DNA of 64,000 bases from Vicugna vicugna (taxonomy: Eukaryota). The notes beneath the pieces were generated by a model that did no database searches, was not told the DNA's origin, and saw nothing but the letters and a program-made list of their open reading frames with translations. The stretch lies in assembly GCA_013265495.1 (NCBI GenBank), contig MU059161.1, forward strand, positions 5,355,598 to 5,419,597, in the 5' to 3' direction. The position numbers and the translations under genes are program-made. Of the stretch, positions 1-12,289 are shown one piece after another; the stretch's first letter is position 1; every line of letters begins with the position of its first letter.

Positions 1-1518
1 GCTGAGATTCCTTGCCAAATTTCCCTCTCGCGCTCACTGAAATAGCTTTGTGCACTGCAGCGCAGTGACAGGGGAAGGTGAGGCTGTCGGAGTGGTTTGC
101 TCAATTAGTCTCAATTTGCAGTAGGGTACTCAACATCCCACGTTCACGCAGGGTGCCACAGTCTGCAAAGACACCCAATCTTTAGCAAAGGGGATTATGA
201 AATGCCTCCTTCATTGGATGCTTGTTGAGTTTAGGATCCCTTTTCTAAGCAGCTTCAATCCAACCCCAGGCTGATAGAGAATTTAACAAGAAGGAATATG
301 AGCCTCGCCAACCTACCCCTCATCCCTAAGAGTATGCAGCAATCACTTAATTATATTCCTTTAGTAGTTTGTTCAGCCATGCAAGTTCGACTGGACCCAC
401 ATGTATGGGGGTCTTGTCAAAAGAAGTGAGCCAGACTTTAAAAGAATTTAGACTTTGGGAAGGAAAGGTCTTTAATACTAAAATGGAAAGAGAAAAAAAA
501 TCCTCACCCCAAGTCCTGCTGCTTCTTCAATCAGGTGGCCATTGCCTGGTCACCAGGAAGGGAGGCTGTGGAGATTAATATACCTTTAAACTTATCTACA
601 AGGCTGTTGCAGGGATAAATGAGCGAGAACCAGTGTTGTGTTTTATCTTAGTCTTATTTCTGTTACTGGTAAGATGAAATGGACAGACAGGCTGCTGGAT
701 CTCCTGATCTGAAAAGTTTCAGGGAAGTTAACTGCGGAATCTTAAAGTTCAAACCCAAACCAGAGCCCATCCATTTGCCAGGCGGCCTCAGGCCTCAGGC
801 TGAGAAGCAGGATGATTTAAAGTGGGCCCCCGAGTAGCCACAACTGCAGGATACTCACACCTGCAAGTCCCTTGTGTCCTGCAGCGACCTTACTCTGCCA
901 CAGACTCTGAGGCCCACACAGCATGAGATGACAAATCCTTGCTTTGGGATCAAGGGGCTAATTAAGCATGAAAACAACCCAACCCCCAGGTGATCTTGCA
1001 GTTTTATGCCCTGCCCGCTTTGTTGTGCTTATTATGTATGCCAATATCTTAGAAAACTGCCAGTTTCAGTATCTTTTTTTTTTTTCTGAGTATCTGCTTA
1101 AAACCTTCCTGCTCTGCACAACACTTTGCTTTTCCTTTGGGATAATGGACCCAGGATGGGCAGGAAGTGCTTAGCATCCCAGAGGTATAGGAAAGGGCGA
1201 GGGGGCATTTGCCCATGGTGGGAATCTAGACCCTCAGACCAAACTGTGGCCTGGCTGGGTGTGACAGGAAGCGAGGCAGGTAGTCACTCAGGTCCATGAA
1301 GTCCTCAGCCAGCAGTGGCACGCACTCAGGTGAGGCTGTGGTCAGGTGTCCAGTGGTGGCTAAAGCAGCCCCTCCACCCCCCCAACCCACCCCCGTTGTA
1401 GTGGTTTCGCAGGTCGAGTGGCTCAGAGCCTGGGGCCTTTGCTAAGAAACAGAGAAGCCTGAGGGCAGTGATGTGGCCACCTCGCGGAGGGAGCGCAGAG
1501 GGAGTGGTCCCCGCAAGC
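1..1518 (-). other. INSYN2B: INSYN2B 3'-UTR (3' end not defined; may run beyond position 1)
   Basis: Repeat-poor sequence downstream of the stop. I saw only an ATTAAA variant (476-471) and no clear AATAAA. Confidence 0.6.
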
Positions 1519-2010
<492 letters not shown>

Positions 2011-2119
2011 ATTTATTTGGTGTTTCTAATTGTTCATTCTTTTTGCATACATTTTATGCATGAAAACTGCCTCGTTATAAAATATTTAAGTAATACAGAG
2101 GACTAGATAATAAAACTGT

Positions 2120-2295
2120 CAACTCAGTTTTCTTTATCCATAAAATGGACATAATAATGGCCTCTATTCTATCTCAACGACTTTCTATGGAATTAATATG
2201 TATTAATTAAGTCAGAGAATATAAATGAAGTACGTAGAGCAGTGCCTGGCATGTAATAAGCCCTCCACATGTGTTAGCCCTGTTGCTGTTGCTTT
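2120..2295 (+). mobile_element. MIR SINE, 3' half
   Basis: cagttttctttatccataaaatggacataataat...agagcagtgcctggcatgtaataagcc. Confidence 0.7.
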
Positions 2296-2324
2296 GCTTT
2301 TTGGGGGGGGTGGCAGTAATTAGG

Positions 2325-2433
2325 TTTATTTACTCATTTATTTGTTCATTTATTTTAATGGAGGTACCAAGGATTGAACCCAGGACCTCGTGCATGCTAA
2401 ATTTGCGCTCTACCACTGAGCTATACCCTCCCC
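2325..2433 (-). mobile_element. Camelid tRNA-Ala-derived SINE (Vic-1 type) with A-rich tail
   Basis: Minus strand reads GGGGAGGGTATAGCTCAGTGGTAGAGCGCAAATTTAGCATGCACGAGGTCCTGGGTTCAATCCTTGGTACCTCCA followed by (TAAA)-like repeats. A and B boxes are recognisable. Confidence 0.85.
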
Positions 2434-2499
2434 TCCCATTACTGTTATTATTATCATCATTAACTTTATTAATGCTAATATATTCTGTCTTGCTCTTTG

Positions 2500-2700
2500 C
2501 TTTGCTTTTCAACTTAACGATGTGTCTCAGAGAGCTCTACCCATATGCTTACTTCATAGTATTCCTCTATATAGATGTATTCAAACACTCTTCTTTATGG
2601 GCATTTCCAAATCTCCATTTTTTTTTGCTACTTTATTAATGTGTTTTGGAGTCATTAATGTCCCAGGCTCCATTGTATCATCTGTGCACAGGTCTGTGAA
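2500..2700 (-). mobile_element. Old L1M fragment
   Basis: catagtattcctctatatagatgta...atgggcatttccaaat...ttttgctact resembles the reverse of an ancient L1 3' region. Confidence 0.45.
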
Positions 2701-3849
2701 GTAAGCATGACACTGCTGGGGACCAGGGTTCCCAGGGGTTGAGACAGTCGGAAGCTGGGGAGGGCAGCAGCTCTGGCCCGCGCACAGTGGGTGCTCCCAC
2801 TCCCGCTGCCCTTTGAGAGCTTGGGAGTCAGGCTGGTGGGCGGCAGGGACTCTCAGCCTGTCCGGTAACTCTGACTCAGCCTTCTCAGAACCTCAAGAGC
2901 TGGGCCAGAAAGACTGACTCCTGGAGACGTCTCTGCAAACTGCATGGGCACCCCCTGCCCTTAGCTGTCCACACTTCCCTCGCTAGGAGATTCGCTCCCA
3001 GAGGAGTTACCAGTGCCAGGATGCTTGTAGGAAGGCTCTTAAGCTTATGGCTGTGTTTGTTACCTGATTTCGTACTGGAACTCTCAGAAGGCCCAAAGAT
3101 GCGGAGCCAGCGTGGGAGTGTGGAGAGTGGAGGAAATGCAGAGTCACGCAAACAGTGCATGCTCCTTGTTTGGCAAGGAGGAAAAGGAAATGTGTCCTAT
3201 GGAGCATGACAGAGCCTCTGATGGTTTGTGATGTGGCCTAACTGGGCTGAAAAGGAGCTGTCTTTAAAGGGACTCTGTCCCGGTATGCTATGTCCATGTC
3301 GCCTCCCAGAGACCCAGGGTCAGAGTAAGGACTGCCAAAGGGACAAAGCATGATTGTCACACGTGATTAATAAAGCCCCCATATGGGACCTTGTCGCTGG
3401 GCACTCTGAGATGGAAGAAGCTAAAGAGTCAGAAGAGCTGGGCGGCCTGTTTCGTAGCCAGACCAGCGGGGTGTCAGTGCATAGGGAGCTGCAGGGATGG
3501 GTGTCTGATTATTCTGTTTCTGTATTTTTGATACGTTTTCCCTGGAATTTTCTTCTCCCCAGCTTACATCCTTTATTTCCTGCTCTTCCCTGGTCTCCTC
3601 CAGTGGGACATACTCCTGGCTGGGTGACTTACATAATGTACGTAGCAACACAGGCTGTGTTTTCCTAGGCAGAACTCTGCAACCGATTACCTGTGAGATC
3701 TTGGCAAAGTCATTTCTCGTATTCAAGCCACAGCATCCTTATCTGCAGAATGTGCGTGGTATCTACTCCTAGGATCTCAGCGAAGTACGGACAATGTCAT
3801 GCACGTACAACACTCAGCTCAGAGCTAGGCACCAACAAACACTGGATTC

Positions 3850-3990
3850 CATTCAGCTAGTCATTCAACAAGCATTTATTGAGTATCTCCCATGTACTAG
3901 GCCCTGTGCTAGGTTCTGGGGGAGAAGTAGTAAAGACGACAGACAGACAGGCAGGCAGGCATTTATCCCTGGCCTTTTGGCCCTGGTAAT
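3850..3990 (-). mobile_element. L2 3' end
   Basis: cattcaacaagcatttattgagtatctcccatgtactaggccctgtgctagg. Confidence 0.7.
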
Positions 3991-4504
3991 CTGGTGACTC
4001 TGTGTCCTTAGTAAATGCTAGCCAATATCAAGAGCTATTAGAGACTTTCTAGCCAAAGCTCAGGATTTTCCAGATCAGTGAACAGAAGTATTAACAGACA
4101 TACACTGAGGCTCCTGCTTCCAGGAGGTACTACCCAGCACTGCACCCCTGTTTGTCTCTGAGCCTGGGGTGGGTTTCTGTCACCACTACCTTTACCTCAC
4201 TCTTCCCAGTTGAAATTTAAGGAAATGGATTCAGAGGCTGGAGAAGAGTTGTGTCCAGCAATCTCTCATTGCTTTAAGGAAGGAATTTAAAGCAATGAGT
4301 TGCAAACTCTGATTCTCACCCTCTCATGCATTATTTCACAGACAGAGAACGTCCACATTCTTAGTTCTCCTAGCTCCTGAAATACTGCTGCCCTCCTTTC
4401 ACCAAAGCAAAAAATAATCTTCGTCCCAGAGTGTTACATGGGGCCAAAAAAAGTGGGTACCCTCTGCTCATTCTAGTAATTTCCTCTGCTTTCTGGTATA
4501 GGAC

Positions 4505-4915
4505 ATTCCATCTATCCATCCATCCATCCATCCATCCATACATCCATCCTACCACCCATCCATTTATTCATCCAACCATCCACCTGTGCAGTCAGCCAAC
4601 TGATTAGCCATCTAACTATCTATTCGTTTATCCAACCATCCATTCATCTATCTATCCATCCATCCATCCATCTAGTCATCCAGCTATTCAACCATTGATC
4701 CATTCATCCATCTGTTTATTCATCCATCCATCCTACCACCCATCCATCCATCCATCCATCCATCCTACCACCCATCCATCCATCCATCCATCCTTCTAAT
4801 CATCCAGCTATTCAAACATCCCTCCATTCATCCACCTGTTCATTTATTTGGCCAGCCAGCCAGCCAGCCAGCCAACCAACCATCCTTCTATCCATCCATC
4901 CAATCATCCATCCTG
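4505..4915. repeat. Imperfect (CCAT)n microsatellite with a (CCAG)n block, ~410 bp
   Basis: Directly visible; it explains the GWMD-type ORFs in the track. Confidence 0.95.
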
Positions 4916-5050
4916 CTCTTGGTCTGACACTGTGTTCAGTTACAGGGACATAACAATGAGATACAGATGTCGATTCTGCTTTTGTGGCTCTTGCTTCCCT
5001 GTGTGTGAGACAGATGATTAAACTAACAATTGCTTTAAAAGTATGCCTTA
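4915..5050 (-). mobile_element. L2 fragment abutting the (CCAT)n array
   Basis: gacactgtgttcagttacagggacataacaatgagatacag...gagacagatgattaaac. Confidence 0.55.
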
Positions 5051-5379
5051 TATATATCTCAGCTACCCTTACTTTCCAGCTCTTCATCTGTATACCTCTC
5101 CCAAATTATATGAACACACACATAAACCAGCCTCCTTCTTCTCCTTATGTGTGACATTTCTCTGACTTCGTAATTCAAACAACAACAACAAACCACCTGA
5201 GTTTGTCAAGACTCACAACAGTATCCTAATGCCAACTAGAAAAAGTAACGCTCTAGGTGAATCCAGAATGTGTGTAGCACTGGCAGGCCTGGGGACGGAA
5301 GAGCCGGGTGACAGAATGTAAAGTCTGTCTCAGCTCACAACTTAAAGTGCTGCCCATCGTAGAGGATCGAGCAAGGGCT

Positions 5380-5560
5380 CTCGAGTGGAGTACTCCTGGG
5401 GTTTGAACCGAGGTGGTACCATTTACTGGCTGGGTGACCTTGGGCAAGTTGCTTCTCTTTCTGGGACCCAACTGGAAGTGGGGGTAATGAAGCTACCTCC
5501 CTGGGTGGTTGTGCAGATAACACCATGACAGGTACAATGGCCTCACGTAGGAGATGGACT
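5380..5560 (+). mobile_element. MIR SINE
   Basis: ctgggtttgaacc...ctgggtgaccttgggcaagttgcttctctttctggg. Confidence 0.7.
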
Positions 5561-7319
5561 CCACCCACTCCACTAAGTCTTCTGTCCTCCTGTCTTAGGG
5601 ACTGAATGCCTCACCTGCTCCCTCATACCTTCAACTCTTCAGTAATTGTACACTTTGCCGGAAACATCACTCTTCACCCCTCCCCTCTGTGTACATTCAG
5701 GGAAGAACACACCCTTTATATTTCTATGGAAACACCACAGGGTTCCATTATAACCATTGGGACTTAGAGAGCTCCCCACCGTCCTCTTGCAGCTGCCCCA
5801 CACCCCGGTCTTGACAATTTAAAGGGGATTAAAAGCGACTTTCTTTTCAAGGCCAGGCAAATAACAGAGTATAGAGACGCATGTGTGCTTTGGAAAGAAA
5901 TTAATGCTTTTTAGGCCAAAGCAATTTATTAACATAAAGGAAAATCATCACTTTTCTTCTCATTCATCCGTTTGACAAACTACTGTTTAGTTTGGAAGTG
6001 AGGAAGAGGATATATATTTTGTTTTGGTAGCAGCTGCTTTGTAAGTGGGCAGAGGGCAGTGCCCTTTCTCATCTGTCTCTCATTTTGAGGCTGGGTGGAG
6101 AAGGAGAGGTGCCCCTCAGCTTCTTCGCCATCCCACCCCATATTCAGCAACCTCTTCAAAAGGGGATCTTGCTCGGTGAGAATTCAAGCTAACTCTTAAC
6201 AGAGGGTTGTTTGAAGATTCTGGGGAGTGACTTGGGTTTGGTACCCAGGCAGAGCACCAATAACTTTCCCAGCCTTATTTCCCCTTCTCTCCTCCCTCTT
6301 AATCTCCCTGCCCTCCCACCCTTACCATCCCCATCCCCATTCTATGTGGATGAAGAGGAGTGCTGAGTGCTTAGCTGATAAAGAGCTCTGGCTCACAGTG
6401 GGGGACAAATGGTGGTCAAGAGAATGTTACAGTACAGGATTCAGGCTTGGACCCGTTAAGATAGCCTGGAGCATTCAAGGTTGGTCCTGCCAGGTTGGTC
6501 CTTTGAGGATGCAGGGAGTACCCGATGCCTGGTTCAGGGATGCTCAGTTCACTGTGTGGGGAGCCTTAGAGCCTTGCCCGGCCAAGCCTGTGCGCGGTGC
6601 CACTTTGCATTTAGAAAGGAGCTGTGTGTAAACCGAGAGTGGAAAGAGTTTTCAGGTTTGCCTCTTGAGGGCACCTCACTAATCTCGCTGACAGATCAGT
6701 GCTCCAGCCATCACGCTGGGTGAAAAGCAGAAGGATGTTTTTTCAGGTAATTGGAAGTAGCGAGAAGCCCTAAGTCATGGCTTGTCTGGAAGGAGAAACA
6801 GTGAGAAGGAAAAAGTAGATAAATGCGTATAAATATATAAGCCAACAGCAGAGTCACATTCTGGATGCAGCATCTTGGCTGGGCAAACTGAAGTTGGGTG
6901 AAAACAGAAAGAGATAAAAGTTTATCTAGAAACAAACAATAGAACCTCTTACTTTTATACAGCACTTCATTTCATATTCACAGTAGCTCAGGAATCAAGG
7001 GAGGTTGTATCTCCATTTAACTGACAAGTGAGTCGGTGAAGGGAAGTCACACCATGAGTTATGATCAGAGTTATGATCAGAATCTCAGCTTGCTTGCTTT
7101 CCTGACTCCTCTGTTTTTTCCCTAAAAGGGTATCAAATGTTTTAGCCCAGGGCTTAGCTGTTAGCAGAGTCTTACTTTAAGAAGTTAAAGATATAACAAG
7201 AGAGCACCTGGGCCATGTTGCGTGAAGACACATGAGTAATTTAAATGGAGAAGAAGGAGGAGAGGAGAAGGAGAAGGAGGAGATGGAGAAGGAAGTGAAA
7301 TCTGTATGCAGACACTCTA

Positions 7320-7500
7320 CTGCAAGTTCAGAATTCTCGCATCTCATGCAGTTCTCACAGCCCCATGAGACAGATACTACCTTCATTTCACAAATGAGGA
7401 AACTGAGGCAAGGGGAGGTTAAATGTTCTGCCAAGGGCACACATAGTAAGTGGCAGAGCTGAGATTTGAGCCTAAATTTTCTGACTCCAAAGCTTGTGCA
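7320..7500 (-). mobile_element. MIR SINE preceded by a GA-rich simple repeat (~7247-7295)
   Basis: atttcacaaatgaggaaactgaggcaaggggaggttaaatgttctgccaagggcacaca. Confidence 0.75.
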
Positions 7501-8589
7501 CTGAGAGACACAGCACTGAAAGAATGGTAGTCTTCACCTGTGTGAGATCCTGGTACCAGATGGCTGTGGGGTGGGGTGGTAAGAAGTCCCGTGCACCTGA
7601 ATGACCTCACAGCCCGCTGCGGAACCAGACCCAACCTGGGTCTGGGCTGCATGGAGGACCCTTCATGTCCCAGCTGACCAGTCTGCTCTGCCACCGTTCT
7701 CCCAGATTGCAGGGACATCCTGACAGGGAGGCTGCGTACTCAGAGAGGACGGGCACCCCCATAGGTGGCAGCTAACTCAAGGTCTGGTGTAGGCTGCTGA
7801 GGTCTGCAGTGGCCCTTTGCTCTTCCTTCTCGGCAGGTGGGTCTTGCTCTTTTATCAAGAGAAATAGTGTGGAGCCATAAACTCCAAGCAGGCTGGCTGA
7901 GAAACCAGTGGTCCATGGCATCTCCCCAAAGACCAGACCACTTCCAAGTCCCTTTCTGCCTCTTCATCATCAGTGGAGGGTTTCTGTGGCCCCGCTTGCC
8001 ATAGAACCCAGGTGCACCACAGATCTGCTGACCTCCTACAACTTTCTGTTTAAAAGAATTAGCTGTGAGAATCAATGGAATCTGCGAGGTAGTTTTGTTC
8101 CTGCCCACTTGGATTAATCACCCCACTTTGGAAGGGATCTCTGGGGAAAAATCACAGTCTGGGCAAGCCGAAATTTTAGTTATTTTTTTTCCCCCAGCCT
8201 GGAGGGCTTATTGTTTCTAAAACTTTCTCCTAATGACCAGTTTGCTCATTGTTTATAGGGTGCAATTTGAAGCCTCACAACTCCCAGCCATTTCAAGCTT
8301 GGCATGTGCACCCCTTCTCCTTGGGCATGTGTCTGCTGACGAGTCCTCAGGGAATCGCAGGTTCTCTTCTTGGCTCGTAAATAAGCAGGGCCGGGCTGCA
8401 GAACTCTTCACTGCCGACTGCTGTCTGCGAGAGCAGGCTGTGCTCTGGGTTCCGTGGCTCTGTGTCCAGAATACGTTCACATTAAGCCCTCAGAAAGAGA
8501 AGGCCATTTCAGAGAGCTTTCACACAAATGTTCACTGGTAAGGCAAGGTCAGAAGGTAAGAGAGGAAGGGACCGGAACGTCTCCTGAAA

Positions 8590-8795
8590 GCAGGACCGGG
8601 TTAAGCCCTAGCTCTGTTGGATCTTGGACAAGTCACGTATCCTCTCTGAGTCTCAGTTTCCTCATCTGTAAAATGGGAATAATCACCACACCCATATTTT
8701 AGGGCGGCTGGGAGGCTGAAAAGAGATGATATATGTACAGTGCTTAGCAAAATGCCTGGCACAGTGCCTGGTGCAAGAAATGGTAGTGATTGTTA
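8590..8795 (+). mobile_element. MIR SINE
   Basis: ctctctgagtctcagtttcctcatctgtaaaatgggaataat...cttagcaaaatgcctggcacag. Confidence 0.8.
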
Positions 8796-10624
8796 CATTA
8801 ACTTGACAGAGAAATAAAGACTGGGTCATTCTGTGGTCAGCTGTGGCCCGCATGCCAGCAGCTGTCCATTTGTTATTCCTGCGAAATTCTCAACTTGCTT
8901 GATTTTATATTTATGGCATGTTTCAGCCTCTTTAGCTATTAATGCATTAAAACAGGTTTCATGTTTTTATTGCAGATAAATTGCTGATGCTGTAAATTCT
9001 ACTTCTTTCCCCTTACACTCTGGGGAGAAGAAGAAAGGGATAAACATACCGAGAGAAGCAGGGACTAGAGGAAAATGTCTTGGGGATCACACTGTTGAGA
9101 CTAAGAGAAATTTCCACGTGTACCCCAGACTCTATGCCTGTGCTATGCGTGGCTGTAGTTGTTATGGAGATGCTGGGTAGTATTGCTGTTAACATTTGAA
9201 ATGAACACTGCTCAGTCCGCACTGAAATGGGATACGAGCTGCAAAGGCATTGTGATTACTGGAAAGAACAGCCATGCTGTGTGCTTTATAATTACTCCTC
9301 ACTGCAGGCTTCATTGCTGGCCAGAGAGAGGACTGTGTCTGGAAGACGAGGCTCTCGCAGTTCACCTGGCTCCATGCTGGGAGTGCATCGTAAGCAGACG
9401 AAAGGAAAATACTAAATAATTTACGTGGAAAGTTGGCTGCTAAACTCAACAGGCCCAGGAGCATATTGCATTTCTAGTGAAATGCCTTTTTCTCCAGTTA
9501 GGTAATAGCTTTAAGTGGCAGGCAAAGTCAAGAGCCAGTGGCCAGGAAACTCAGCCCTAGACAGGAACTCAAGAAGGCTCTTAGCGCGCCACTGACTGCA
9601 TGACCCCGGGTGACTCACATAGCTCTCCAGAGCCTCTTTCCTTGGTTACTTGAAGGCCTGGCTTTTCTCCTAGAGGGCACACAGCTGTGCGGCTTTGGCC
9701 TGTGTTCCAGAGACTCCTTATGATAAGTTCTGAATATCAAAACAGTGAGGGGGCAACGGGGATGCTGGTCGCAGGATACAAAGGGAGGCACTTGGCAGCA
9801 AGTCTCCCTTTGAATATCCATAAATTCTTCTCCGCCTGGCTCAGGGGAGTTGTGGCGATGAAGGAATCAGTAATGATGAGAAGGCAGCCCATGGCCTGTG
9901 GACTCTGAGGACAGGAGGGCGTGGCGGTGGAGGATGCCGGAGTTCAGCCTCATGCTTGTTCCCTGGGTCAGGAGCCTGTGAGGATCTCCTGAAGTGGGAG
10001 GTGCTGGGCAGTGCTTTGCACGACCTCCCCCCACCATGAGGTGTTTGCAATTGCTCCTCCAGGCCGCAGCAGAGGGCAGGCAGTTGCTAGCATTTGGGCC
10101 CTCGGGCTGGGAGCAGAACTGGGCTCTAATTGGTCTGAACCTTAATTGGAGGAGGAAAGTCAACAGGGATTGCCCTTCCCTTCCTGATCCAGATGAGGCC
10201 CGAGGAGGTGGGAGATACGGGTGGAAGGAGAGGCTACAAATGAATCCCCTGCGTAATGCATAATGAAGGCCCAGGCAGAAACCCATTTTCTCTTCTCACT
10301 GGAAACAGAAGGCATCAAGAGATACACTTACCCTACGAGCAAGTGCCCCCCCCCGCCCCTTTCCTTTTGCCTCCGCTCTCACCTGCACCCCCCAGTTAGG
10401 TCTGTGCACGAGCACCTCACCCTGTAACTGAAGGCAAGCAGAAAGGTGCATCATCTTTCCAACGATGCATTTAAAACTAAGCTAGTTTCTGGGCTGTTGT
10501 ATTAGTAAGAGCTTTCTATTCGTGGACATGTAGGCAGATTGTCACAAAAGTTTCTAGTAAATCAACTCCCACCTCCTTTCAAGACGCTGATTTTATGTAG
10601 TCGAATGTTTGTCAAGCTTTACTG

Positions 10625-10790
10625 AGATCAGACTTTCCCAGTCGGACTGTCTGTAATGGCAGATTCCCGTCCTCCACCCACGCCTCTGATCCAGCAGGTT
10701 CGGGGAGTGAGGACCAACATCCAGTATTCACAGGTACCCAGGAGGCTCTGATGCAGTTGGTCCGGGGTCACGCTCTGAGAGCACTGCTTA
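10625..10790. mobile_element. MER5-type hAT DNA transposon remnant
   Basis: ctgatccagcaggttcgggg...ccaggaggctctgatgcagttggtccggggtcacgctctgagagcactg. Confidence 0.55.
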
Positions 10791-11299
10791 GGGCCTGCAT
10801 CAAACACACACCCTCACAATGCCCTTGGCCGAGGAGAGCTCAGCTATGCCACGTTCTGCTGAGCGCTAATACCCCTCAGGCAGGTCTGGCCTCTGAAGGC
10901 AGCGTGCTGTGGAATCCGGCCAACAGGCAGAGAGGACTGAGTTCCAGTCATTGCAACTTAGTAGTTTCAGAATAATTGTGCGAGTGCCTCCCTCTCTCAG
11001 TCTCAGTGGTCTAACCTGAATATCATGCAAGTGCCTGAGCCTCAGTTGTAAAATGGGACTATTTTCACCCATCGTATGTGGTTGTGAGGATTAGAAGGGA
11101 GAACAGAAGGCATTTATAATAACCAGTAATAATAGATGCTCAGTAAATGGCAGGTCTCTTCTTATTTCTGTCCCCTAGTTTTCATCCCAACAGATGCCTG
11201 CTCTCCCCTGCTGTCACAGTTATAAAAATCATCGAAGTCAAATAAACCAGCCTCCCATTGGATGTGAGCAGTTGATGAATTGTAAGGGTTTGATCCAGG

Positions 11300-11748
11300 T
11301 GTGTTAGTTTCCTATTGCTGCCGAAACATATTACTGCAAATTTAGCGGTTTAAAAAACAACACAATCTGACTCTTAAGAGTTCTGGAGGTCAGAAGTCCT
11401 CTGGAACTATAAATCAAAGTGTCAGCAGAGCTGTGTTTCTTCTGGAGGCTCCCAGAGACAATATGTCCCTTGCCTTTTCCAGCTTTTGGAGGCTGCCCAC
11501 ATCCTTTGGCTTGTGACCACATCACTTCTACCTCTGCTTCTGTTGTCACAGCTCCTTCCCAGGCTCTCCCTCTCTTTCCCTTATAAGGATCCTTGTGATT
11601 CCATTAGGCCCAACTGGACAATCCAAGCTACTCAGCCTCAGTTTAATCACACCTACAACGTCCCTTTTGCCAAGTAAGGTAATACATCCTCAGGGTCCAG
11701 GAATTAGATCGTGGACATCTCGTGTGGACACTGTTCTGCCTCCTACGC
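11300..11748 (-). mobile_element. MLT1-family (MaLR) solo LTR, MLT1C/D-like
   Basis: tgtgttagtttcctattgctgcc...gttctggaggtcagaagtcc...ccagcttttggaggctgcc...cttataagga...ctgttctgcctcctac. Confidence 0.8.
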
Positions 11749-12289
11749 TAGGTTTTGATGTTTTGCCAAGAGAAACTGAAGATCTAATGCCTTAATTCCC
11801 TCTTCCAAAGAGATCACTGGGGCAGTTCAGACACCATAGAAGGGAGAGATTTTAGCCTGGAGGGAGTTTGCAGTTTTCCACAAATCGGACTTTGCCTTTC
11901 CTGCCACGGCTGATACAGCAGTACTGGGCAAGGAGGTTGGATGGCCGTGGTGAACAAGGATCCCAATGTCCTGTGAAATTGCAACAAGCTCTCTGAGTCA
12001 TCAAAGGAAGATTTGATTAGGTTCCATCTTGTCGTGTCCCAGGTATTTGAAAATTGAGAATCCATGTGCTACATTCAGTCGCTGTTTGATTCAGTTCCAA
12101 AAGATCTGCTGTGGACCTGCTGCACAGAAGCGTACCTTCCTTAATAAGAACATTTGATTAATCAAGGCCTTTCCGTTTCCCCACCTAAGGGTAGGGACAC
12201 ACACAAGTAGTAACATGACTTGACTTTTGGGCCATCTAAATAGCTGTCTCAAGCTTTTCATTCTTCCCCTAGTCAGTATAGCCATTCCC

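Noticed and set aside
2357-2433. Functional tRNA-Ala gene
   Set aside because: The anticodon stem is disrupted (GCGCAAATTTAGCATGC), and an A-rich retroposon tail follows. It is a SINE.
4370-5087. GWMD-repeat ORFs
   Set aside because: They are translations of the (CCAT)n microsatellite.
7056-7079. 12-bp tandem duplication GAGTTATGATCA x2
   Set aside because: It is real but an ordinary slippage indel with no functional cue.
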